Shown: positions 1 to 6,407 of the stretch, in pieces
How positions within the stretch are numbered: the stretch's first letter is position 1
Layout of the letters: each line of letters starts with the position of its first letter
Program-made: the position numbers and the translations under genes
Notes under the pieces: generated by a model
Seen by the model: only the letters and a program-made list of their open reading frames with translations
Told to the model about the DNA's origin: nothing
The model's database searches: none
Assembly: GCA_026387845.1 (NCBI GenBank)
Contig: JAPLKX010000558.1
Coordinates: 1 to 14,164 of the forward strand
Direction: 5' to 3'
DNA from: Candidatus Hydrogenedentota bacterium
GTDB lineage: Bacteria; Hydrogenedentota; Hydrogenedentia; Hydrogenedentales; SLHB01
Length of the DNA: 14,164 nt

Positions 1-142
1 GGACCCCCAGCGTCTCACGAAAATACTGCGCTTCCGCCTGCGCAAGGCGAACGGCGAGATCAGGAGTCAGTTCATCTGTCGTCGTGCGGATGTCGTAGGC
101 CCGGAACATCGAGAGATTGAGATGATTCATGGGACTGATCAT
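1..142 (-). CDS. N-terminal fragment (about 47 codons, runs off the window) of a phosphomannomutase/phosphoglucomutase-like alpha-D-phosphohexomutase
   Basis: Minus-strand translation from the ATG at 142-140 gives MISPMNHLNLSMFRAYDIRTTTDELTPDLAVRLAQAEAQYFRETLGV with no stop codon before position 1. FRAYDIR(G/T)...ELT...A..IG.A.G matches the conserved N-terminal signature of PMM/PGM enzymes (as in ManB/AlgC, FKAYDIRG). An AGGAAG Shine-Dalgarno lies about 5 nt upstream of the ATG at 142. In-frame ATGs at 130 and 109 are alternative starts. The frame was too short for the supplied ORF track. Confidence 0.5.
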   Translation of the reverse strand, partial: MISPMNHLNLSMFRAYDIRTTTDELTPDLAVRLAQAEAQYFRETLGV

Positions 143-213
143 AAAGCTTCCTCGAATGAAAACTCTAGTGTCGCGTTTCAAGCCTATTGTGGTGGGGGCG
201 TCTCGCTTACACT

Positions 214-269
214 GTCCACAACGTCCACTCTGTCCACAGCGCGGCCGAGCCGCAACCCAACGGGTCCAC
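214..269. repeat. Cluster of four GTCCAC hexamers. Three are phased at exactly 9 bp (214-219, 223-228, 232-237) and a fourth is at 264-269. The cluster sits in the divergent intergenic region.
   Basis: Direct read: cTGTCCACA aCGTCCACT cTGTCCACA at 212-238, then GTCCAC again at 264-269. It lies between the minus-strand phosphohexomutase-like start (142) and the plus-strand SPFH start (550). Confidence 0.5.
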
Positions 270-549
270 GGATCTGTCATTGCGCGGAGCGCTGGTTTGT
301 GGCCCCTATTCTGCAGCCAAAACCCCGAACCCAGCGCGACGACCGCCCGGTTTTGCGGTCGGCGCAATCCCCCCGGTACTGTTGCAGACACGAACTCAAC
401 CAAAGCCCGATCAAGACGCCACTGGTCCGTTCCAGAAGAAACGACCGTCCATGGTCATATAACGGCCCGTTCGGATGTTTCAGATTTGAACCGGTCGCCT
501 CATTTCTCGACCGCCGCAGATAAGGAATTCATAACATCAGGAAACGCTG

Positions 550-1497
550 ATGCATAAGCAAAGCCCGTTCGCATTGTTGTTGGCTGGTGCAACGCTTCTT
601 CCTTTTGCAGTGATTGCCGGCGCGTGTAGATTCTTTGGCCATCCTGGCGTTGGCATAGCTGTGGGCGTGGCAGGGTTAGTCATAGCGATTCTAACCCTTG
701 GCGCCACTAAGGTTGCAGACCAGTGGGAGCGGGTCGTCGTGTTGCGGCTCGGGAAATTCCGGTTCCTCCGAGGCCCGGGCTTATTCTTCATCATCCCCAT
801 CATTGACTCGGTACCCTTCTGGATTGATACGCGCGTCATCACCACGTCCTTCAAAGAGGAGAAGACATTGACTAAGGATACGGTCCCAGTAGACGTGGAT
901 GCCGTCCTGTTTTGGAAGGTCACCGACGCGCAGAAAGCCGCTCTGGAAGTCGCCCAGTATCAGGCGGCCATCGGCTGGACCGCGCAGACCGCGTTGCGCG
1001 ATGTCATCGGCAAGACGATGTTGTCGGAAATGCTGACCGGCAGGGAAAACATCGATACGGACCTTCAAAAGATCATCGACAAACATACCGAATCGTGGGG
1101 TATCCAGGTGCTATCGGTCGAGATCCGCGATGTGCTGATTCCGGCAGGGCTGGAGAATGCGATGTCGATGCAGGCCCAGGCCGAACGCGAGCGGCAAGCC
1201 CGGGTCATCCTTGGCGATTCCGAACGGCAGGTCGCCGAGAAGTTCGAAGAAGCGGCCCGAACCTATGTCAACAATCCCACTGCGCTGCATCTGCGGGCCA
1301 TGAATATGCTCTACGAGGGGCTCAAACAAAACGCCACGCTCGTCATCGTACCCAGCAGCGTTCTTGACACGATGCAATTGGGCGCCGCCGGCATGGCCGC
1401 TTTGTCCATGGAGTTGAGTCGGAAAGGCGAACAAAAACCGCGCTCGAGGGAAGAGAGCCAAGACGAGACACGGCTACCCGAAAACCCCGCAACGTGA
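550..1497 (+). CDS. SPFH/band-7 family membrane protein (stomatin/prohibitin-like)
   Basis: 315-aa ORF. The N-terminus has two hydrophobic segments (FALLLAGATLLPFAVIAG and GIAVGVAGLVIAILTLGA). The body matches the SPFH core (ERVVVLRLGKF..GPGLFFIIPIIDSV.FWIDTRVIT...KDTVPVDVDAVLFWKVTD...AQTALRDVIG...L.EML..RE.I). The C-terminus is a coiled-coil-like Glu/Arg/Ala-rich region (AQAERERQARVILGDSERQVAEKFEEAA). An AGGAAA SD sits 5 nt upstream of ATG 550. Confidence 0.85.
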   Translation: MHKQSPFALLLAGATLLPFAVIAGACRFFGHPGVGIAVGVAGLVIAILTLGATKVADQWERVVVLRLGKFRFLRGPGLFFIIPIIDSVPFWIDTRVITTSFKEEKTLTKDTVPVDVDAVLFWKVTDAQKAALEVAQYQAAIGWTAQTALRDVIGKTMLSEMLTGRENIDTDLQKIIDKHTESWGIQVLSVEIRDVLIPAGLENAMSMQAQAERERQARVILGDSERQVAEKFEEAARTYVNNPTALHLRAMNMLYEGLKQNATLVIVPSSVLDTMQLGAAGMAALSMELSRKGEQKPRSREESQDETRLPENPAT

Positions 1498-1534
1498 GGA
1501 GGCGCAGTAGCCGAGCCGGACCGGATGCTTGCCG

Positions 1535-3043
1535 TTACCGGACCGCGGCCTTGGGCGTGAACTTGATCACGCGGTCGAAGACCAGCTCGGTATAGGCTGG
1601 GCCCACTTTGGTTTCCGGCTCAACATAGGCCCGAAACGCCACTTGGAACTCTTGATTGGGAATCCGGTCGCAGGGGGAAGGGGGCACCGCGGTACAGGTG
1701 ACGGAACCGGCCGTGTCGCACGTGCGGGCGAACTTCCGGGCATACAACAGTTCTTGTCCGCAGTCGTTCAGGGGCACGGCGCCCGGCAGAAACGCCTGGG
1801 CCGAGCCCTGCATGTCCTCTTCGCTGTTGATGCTGGTAAGGCCGGCGTAGGCCCGCCAGATATCGCCGTCCTCCATGTTGGGTTCGAACGGAAAACCAAC
1901 GTCGTCCGCCGGGTCCATAGCGTAGATCACCGCGTTGTTGTAAAGGGCTTTTCCTGCGGCGGCATGATTCACGCCGTACACGACGACAAACTCGCCCTCG
2001 GCGAGCTCGAACCTGCCATGCGTGCGCAGATAGATGGTGTCGCGGCACGGCGCAAGCACGTTGATACCGCGCTGAATGGCCTCCGCGCCTTCGGCGAGGA
2101 ACTGTTCCGTGTCGAGTTCTTCGGCCTCGTAGTCCGGGTAGAAGTCGAGAATGGCGGTCCGCAATGCCTCCACGTCTGGCCACAGGTCAAACTCCGGCTG
2201 GCCGGTGCCGCGAACGCGCAACGGTGGGGCGCCCAAGGCATCTACGGGCTGGTCGGGCGGGGAAGTGTTGGGCGTCACGCGCCATATGACGCCTGCCGGG
2301 CTGATAGTCTCCACGGCGGGTTCATCGCCCCAGCCTAAATACGCGTTGCCTGCGGCTTGGTCGCGGATAAACGCGCACCGCATGATCACCGACAGCCGGT
2401 CGTCCTGAAGATCCATGCCCAGCCGGACCGTGTTGGACGGGATCACCATCGTATTGATGATGCAGGGCGAGAACCCCGCCGCAACGAGCGCCTCACGCAC
2501 CTTGGTCTCGGCGGCCCTGTCGGCCGTTACAATGACCACCGTGTCCGCATCAAAGGGGTTCCCGTCCGCCGAGCCGGAGGTGTTGATGGTCAAATGATTA
2601 AGCGAATCGCCCAGGTTCGCCATGAGCATCTTCGCTTCCTGCAGTTCGGCGTAATAGCGGATATTCAAGAACGCGGTAAGACTGAAATACACGGCTTCCG
2701 GCGGTGTCTTGCCCAGAAAGACAATCGCCTCGTCCGGGCGCAGTTGGAACCCCCATGAGTAAAACCCGGTGGTTTCTGGGTCCATCTTGAAGATCGCATA
2801 GGGCGTGTCGGTATTCTGGCCCAATGCGCACGGCAGTAAATCCTCGCAGTACATCAGGACCGGATTCACGCAGGCCAGTTGGCCCCGGTCATCCACGACG
2901 AAGCCCGCCTGCTCGATGTTCGCCTTGAACTCCGCCCTGTCGCCCACGAGGTCCGTACAGCCGCACCGATTCTGTGGACACGACACCAGAAGCGCCGAAC
3001 AGCTAAAAACAACCAGACCAACTACAAGTTCTTGCATGCGCAT
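1535..3043 (-). CDS. Cys-rich secreted lipoprotein of unknown function, about 502 aa
   Basis: The long ORF is 1535-3163. I place the start at the internal ATG 3043-3041 (MRMQELVVGLVVFSCSALLVSC) because that gives a canonical lipoprotein signal peptide with lipobox L-V-S-C, and a GGAAGAGAG SD lies 8 nt upstream. The 40 upstream codons of the ORF are hydrophilic with no signal and no RBS. The mature protein has Cys clusters at both ends (CPQNRCGCTD..ACVNPVLMYCEDLLPCALG and CGQELLYARKFARTCDTAGSVTCTAVPPSPCD). I recognise no domain. Confidence 0.7.
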   Translation of the reverse strand: MRMQELVVGLVVFSCSALLVSCPQNRCGCTDLVGDRAEFKANIEQAGFVVDDRGQLACVNPVLMYCEDLLPCALGQNTDTPYAIFKMDPETTGFYSWGFQLRPDEAIVFLGKTPPEAVYFSLTAFLNIRYYAELQEAKMLMANLGDSLNHLTINTSGSADGNPFDADTVVIVTADRAAETKVREALVAAGFSPCIINTMVIPSNTVRLGMDLQDDRLSVIMRCAFIRDQAAGNAYLGWGDEPAVETISPAGVIWRVTPNTSPPDQPVDALGAPPLRVRGTGQPEFDLWPDVEALRTAILDFYPDYEAEELDTEQFLAEGAEAIQRGINVLAPCRDTIYLRTHGRFELAEGEFVVVYGVNHAAAGKALYNNAVIYAMDPADDVGFPFEPNMEDGDIWRAYAGLTSINSEEDMQGSAQAFLPGAVPLNDCGQELLYARKFARTCDTAGSVTCTAVPPSPCDRIPNQEFQVAFRAYVEPETKVGPAYTELVFDRVIKFTPKAAVR

Positions 3044-3134
3044 ATAACATCTCTCTTCCTTGAAACGTGGTTTAAGTGAACCCCAATCTGACGGTAATCC
3101 CCTTCGCAACCACCAAATATCGCGACATAGACAT

Positions 3135-3163
3135 ACAATAACACGGCCCGCGATTATCGTCAA
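3135..3163 (-). promoter_or_regulatory. Putative sigma-70-like promoter for the lipoprotein gene. Read on the minus strand: TTGACG, 17 nt, TATTGT. An A8 tract (plus-strand T8 at 3186-3193) lies upstream in UP-element position.
   Basis: Minus-strand read: TTGATTGACGATAATCGCGGGCCGTGTTATTGTATG. The -35-like TTGACG corresponds to plus-strand 3158-3163 and the -10-like TATTGT to 3135-3140, with a 17-nt spacer. The site is about 90 nt upstream of the start at 3043, inside a locally AT-rich island (3044-3240) in an otherwise GC-rich sequence. Confidence 0.3.
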
Positions 3164-3283
3164 TCAATGTTTTCTACGCGGTTTTTTTTCTCCGGTCTGG
3201 TTATCATGTTTCTCTGTTGATGAAGGCGTAACTCGGACGCTCACGCGGCCCTCCCGGCCCGGCGACCCGGGGTGAGGGGACGT

Positions 3284-5443
3284 CTACCGAATCTCGACGA
3301 CCTCATGGATATCGTTGACCACGACCCGCACCGTCTGCCCCTCGACTGAAAGGCTCGTCTGAGGATTGTGCGCCGTCGCTTTGGCGAAGGGCCGGCGCAC
3401 GGTGATGCTTGCGCGATACATGGGCGGGTCTTCGATCAAGGCCGGCAGGACGTAGGGGCGGTTCTTCGGCGGGGTGCATTGGGGCGGGGACTGGTATCCC
3501 AGCAGATGGACGAGCAGCGCGCCGGTGGTTTCGTCTTGCATGACGACGGCCTCGACGTTTTGCGGCGCCGTCACCTCGACGACCGGCTCCGGGTTGAGGT
3601 ACCGCACGACGTTGCGCAGCAGTGCGCGCGCTTCGGGGATCGGGTGCTCGCCGGAGGTCGCGAAATCCGGCGCGCCCGCGATGCACACCACCTTGCCTTT
3701 CCCAACCGCGTTTACCAGCAACGCCGGCCCGACGGGCTTGTCCGCCGAGTTGGGCTGATTCACGGGTTCCTGGCCGCGCTGCTGGCGAACCGTCCTCGCC
3801 GGCCGCATCAGTTCGCCGACGGCCGTCGCCGTTGTCGGGGAATACGCGGCGGCCGGGCCTTCCACCAAAAACGGCCAATCGGATGCGTAACCTTCCCGGA
3901 ACCTCTCCGGATCGCGCCCGCCAAACCGCGCAAAGTTGTCGGTCGTTTTGAGGCGCTCGATCATTTTCGCGCCGATCAATTCTTCCAACACTGATCGATC
4001 GAGCGGCTCGCCCATCCAGCCCAGCAGGCCCGTCTGGCCCGTCACGATCAGATTGCCGCCCTGCTCGACGTACGCGCGCAGCAACTCGACCTCGCGCTCG
4101 GACAAAATCGGCACGTTCGGCAGCAGCACAACCGGAAACGCCCGCAATTTCTCCGCGCTTACATTCTCATCGAGGATAACGGCGAACGGGATGTGTTCGT
4201 ACATCATCACCTTGTGCGCGCCGTTGAACGCCTGCTGATAATTGGCCGGCGTCTCGCGTCCATACCAGTCCCGGCTTCGCGCGGAATAGTAGAGGCCGAC
4301 CTCCGGCAGTTGCTTGTGCCCGAAAAAAGGCGCTTTTTCCCGCGCCTCCGCGAACGCCTTCCCGATCCGCTCGTACGCCACCGGGTCGAGCCAGCCGTCG
4401 TAGCCCGTCTTGTCCACCACGGTCACCTGCGCGCCGTGCGCCAGCAGCGTCAGCAACTCCCAGCGGATATCGTTGAGGGGCCGGCACGTGTTGTCGTGGT
4501 AGATGCGCGCATGACGTGACATGGCGACCTGGTACCGCTTGCCCGGCGTCGCCGCGGCCAAAAACTCCGCCGTCAGGCTCACGCCCAGCGCGCCAAACCC
4601 CCACACGCCCGTCTCGGCCGTCACAAAATCCGCATTCACCGCGTGCTGAACCGGCCGCTGGCCCACCTCGAACGAAAACGGCGGATACCCGTGGTAGTTG
4701 AAATCGACCGTGACGTCCGGCGCCTTCTCCCGGAGATACCCGCGCAACTCCCGCTCAAACCGCTGGCTGGTGTTGTACCTGAACTCGAGCATGCGGTCCC
4801 ACGCCGCATCCCACGTCGCGCCCGCCGGCATCGGCTCGCCGTACTCGGCCTCGAACAGCCGCCGGCAGTTGGGGCACCAGCACCCGTACGGCGGCCCGAA
4901 CCCCTGGTCGATCATGTCGATGTGAAACCCGGCGATCCCGTACTCGAGCATCTCCGCCGCCACCGCCTTCGCATGATCCATATACCAGCTGTTGAAACAG
5001 ATCCGGTCAATCGGCTTCCCGTCCTTGTCGGTCATCTTGAATTCGGGGTGATCCCGCAGCGGATACCCGTTTCCCTGCACCACGCAATACGCGATCACGG
5101 GCAGGTTAAGCCCCTTCGCCGCATCCGCCGCCTCCCGCAACACGTCCCGCTCGCCCAACCCCGGGCATTTTGGCGCCACCTTCGAGTTGTAATATGCAAA
5201 CTCGCTGTCTTTTGCCCAGATCACCACATATTCGCAGTTGGCTGCCTCCGCCTTCTCGACAATCTCCCGCCCATTGAACCGGCAGGCATACGTGGTGTCG
5301 CCGGGATCGCACCCATACTGCGCCCCCGTCGGCCCCACCTCGATTCCCACATTCAGCCGCTCATACCACGGCGCCGTGCCACCCGCCGCCCACGACGAAA
5401 CACAAACAGACGTGGCAACCATTACGAGCAAAACCGATTTCAT
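3284..5443 (-). CDS. GH42-like (GHL6-type) putative glycoside hydrolase with an N-terminal signal peptide, a GH42-type CxCxxC zinc motif and a beta-galactosidase-type trimerisation (class-I glutamine-amidotransferase-like) domain
   Basis: ORF 3284-5467. I prefer the ATG at 5443 (MKSVLLVMVATSVCVSSWAAGG, a signal peptide) because a GGGAGA SD lies 6 nt upstream. A GTG at 5467 is the alternative. RICFNSW plus GCWCPNCRRLFEAEYG matches the GH42 zinc site (one Cys plus CxCxxC) in a TIM-barrel-like N-terminal half. The middle region FPVVLLPNVPILSEREVELLRAYVEQGGNLIVTGQTG resembles the GH42 trimerisation domain. The stop is TAG at 3286-3284. Confidence 0.65.
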   Translation of the reverse strand: MKSVLLVMVATSVCVSSWAAGGTAPWYERLNVGIEVGPTGAQYGCDPGDTTYACRFNGREIVEKAEAANCEYVVIWAKDSEFAYYNSKVAPKCPGLGERDVLREAADAAKGLNLPVIAYCVVQGNGYPLRDHPEFKMTDKDGKPIDRICFNSWYMDHAKAVAAEMLEYGIAGFHIDMIDQGFGPPYGCWCPNCRRLFEAEYGEPMPAGATWDAAWDRMLEFRYNTSQRFERELRGYLREKAPDVTVDFNYHGYPPFSFEVGQRPVQHAVNADFVTAETGVWGFGALGVSLTAEFLAAATPGKRYQVAMSRHARIYHDNTCRPLNDIRWELLTLLAHGAQVTVVDKTGYDGWLDPVAYERIGKAFAEAREKAPFFGHKQLPEVGLYYSARSRDWYGRETPANYQQAFNGAHKVMMYEHIPFAVILDENVSAEKLRAFPVVLLPNVPILSEREVELLRAYVEQGGNLIVTGQTGLLGWMGEPLDRSVLEELIGAKMIERLKTTDNFARFGGRDPERFREGYASDWPFLVEGPAAAYSPTTATAVGELMRPARTVRQQRGQEPVNQPNSADKPVGPALLVNAVGKGKVVCIAGAPDFATSGEHPIPEARALLRNVVRYLNPEPVVEVTAPQNVEAVVMQDETTGALLVHLLGYQSPPQCTPPKNRPYVLPALIEDPPMYRASITVRRPFAKATAHNPQTSLSVEGQTVRVVVNDIHEVVEIR

Positions 5444-5483
5444 CGCGTGTCTCCCAATCCTTCTCACGGCAATTCAATCCCGA

Positions 5484-6227
5484 TTACTTCCGGGCAGTTA
5501 TGCGCATGCTGGTAATTCGGCCCTTGAGCCGTTCATCATTTTCCGCCATGGGGAACGTGGCCTCTCCTTCCACCCTGACCTCCTGAAACCCGGCCTGCTC
5601 GATGGCCCGCAAATAGTCGTTTCTCGACTGAGCAACCTTTAGCCACTCGCCCCAGACCTCATCGTTCAGGGCATCTTCGGAGAACTCGCCGGCGGTGACC
5701 AGATCCGATACGCACATCCTGCCGCCGGGTTTCAGCACGCGGCACACTTCCTTGAAGGCGAGGACCTTGTCAGCGCAGTGGTTCATCACGCAATTGCTGA
5801 CAGCCACATCGATGGAGCTGTCGTCAAGCGGCAGCCGCTCGATCAATCCCTGCTTGAACTCGACGTTCTCTACCCCCGCCTTCTTGGCATTCTCATCGGC
5901 TCGCTTGACCATCTCGGTTGACGCATCCACGCCGATGACCCGGCCCGTCGGCCCAACCAGATGCGCCGCCACAAACGCATCAAGACCGCCGCCGCTGCCC
6001 AAGTCCAGAACAATCTCGCCTGGACGGAGTTCGGCGAGCGCCACGGGATTGCCACAGCCATGGCTCGTCACCGCGTCAGCGGGCACGGCGTTCAGGTCCG
6101 CCTCCGAATAACCTAACGACTTCGCATACGCCAGCGGATCAGGCTGGCCGGCACGGCTTCCCTCGCCTTCCGCAATCTCGGCGTAGCGTGTCCGAGTCCG
6201 CCTGCCGCCTTTCCCACCTGATTTCAC
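5484..6227 (-). CDS. arsM: ArsM/AS3MT-family SAM-dependent methyltransferase (arsenite methyltransferase-like)
   Basis: The sequence is RYAEIAEGEG...LGYSEADLNAVPADAVTSHGCGNPVALAELRPGEIVLDLGSGGGLDAFVAAHLVGPTGRVIGVDASTEMVKRADENAKKAGVENVEFKQGLIERLPLDDSSIDVAVSNCVMNHCADKVLAFKEVCRVLKPGGRMCVSDLV. It is nearly collinear with bacterial ArsM as I recall it: the GCGNP motif, SAM motif I (VLDLGSGGG), the SNCV motif and KPGGR. I place the start at GTG 6227-6225 because a strong GGAGGT SD lies 5 nt upstream. The ORF track start (TTG at 6266) has no SD. Confidence 0.75.
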   Translation of the reverse strand: MKSGGKGGRRTRTRYAEIAEGEGSRAGQPDPLAYAKSLGYSEADLNAVPADAVTSHGCGNPVALAELRPGEIVLDLGSGGGLDAFVAAHLVGPTGRVIGVDASTEMVKRADENAKKAGVENVEFKQGLIERLPLDDSSIDVAVSNCVMNHCADKVLAFKEVCRVLKPGGRMCVSDLVTAGEFSEDALNDEVWGEWLKVAQSRNDYLRAIEQAGFQEVRVEGEATFPMAENDERLKGRITSMRITARK

Positions 6228-6292
6228 CGTTGACCTCCGAATGATACGCGGCACCAGTATTCTCAAATCCGGGCGCGCTGTGTTTCAGGCCG

Positions 6293-6328
6293 GTGAGGTG
6301 GTGACAGATTGTGACCACCTCGCTTTTT
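6293..6328 (+). terminator. Intrinsic-terminator-like hairpin read on the plus strand. Stem GAGGTGGT(G)ACA pairs with TGT(G)ACCACCTC around a 3-nt loop and is followed by GCTTTTTCC.
   Basis: 6295-6306 pairs with 6310-6321. That is 8 contiguous bp, one G-G mismatch, then 3 bp, with outer G-U/G-C extensions. T5 follows at 6324-6328. On the minus strand the run reads as A5 before the hairpin, so it is not a terminator for the minus-strand genes. It lies in the 180-nt gap between the LRR-protein stop (6408) and the ArsM start (6227). Confidence 0.45.
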
Positions 6329-6407
6329 CCCGCCTCGCTGAGTTGGAACACGAAATCTTCCAGACAACGGTCACGACTTTGAAACCGGTGACATCACACC
6401 TATCGGC

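Noticed and set aside
471-500. Minus strand reads GGTTCAAATC, an exact match to a common tRNA T-loop/T-stem motif. This suggested a tRNA or tRNA-derived attachment-site remnant in the 143-549 intergenic region.
   Set aside because: The flanking bases do not form a proper T-stem (only 3 bp pair). I could find no complementary acceptor, D or anticodon arms in the surrounding 90 nt. It is most likely a chance 10-mer or a very degraded relic. A tRNAscan/Infernal run would settle it.
122-557. Three mutually overlapping plus-strand ORFs (122-523, 129-557, 187-462) in the intergenic region upstream of the SPFH gene.
   Set aside because: All three frames are open at once, as expected in GC-rich DNA. 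The translations are Arg/Pro/Ser-rich with no SD, no domain signal and no hydrophobic core pattern. The region is better explained as a divergent promoter region plus the 5' end of the minus-strand phosphohexomutase-like gene.
1498-1534. Possible bidirectional terminator between the convergent SPFH and lipoprotein genes (CCGGACCG direct repeat, GC-rich).
   Set aside because: I could not find a convincing hairpin with a flanking T-run on either strand in this 37-nt spacer. Termination here may be rho-dependent or use a structure I cannot resolve by eye.
3060-3275. 71-aa plus-strand ORF with a TTG start inside the AT-rich island between the lipoprotein and GH42-like genes.
   Set aside because: It has a TTG start without an SD, it overlaps the putative promoter and A-tract of the lipoprotein gene, and the peptide has no features.
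3250-3283. GC-rich nested stem-loop (CCCTC..CCCGG gtcg CCGGG..GAGGG) immediately downstream of the GH42-like stop, on the minus strand.
   Set aside because: It could be a transcript-stabilising 3' hairpin, but there is no adjacent U-tract, so I did not call it an intrinsic terminator.
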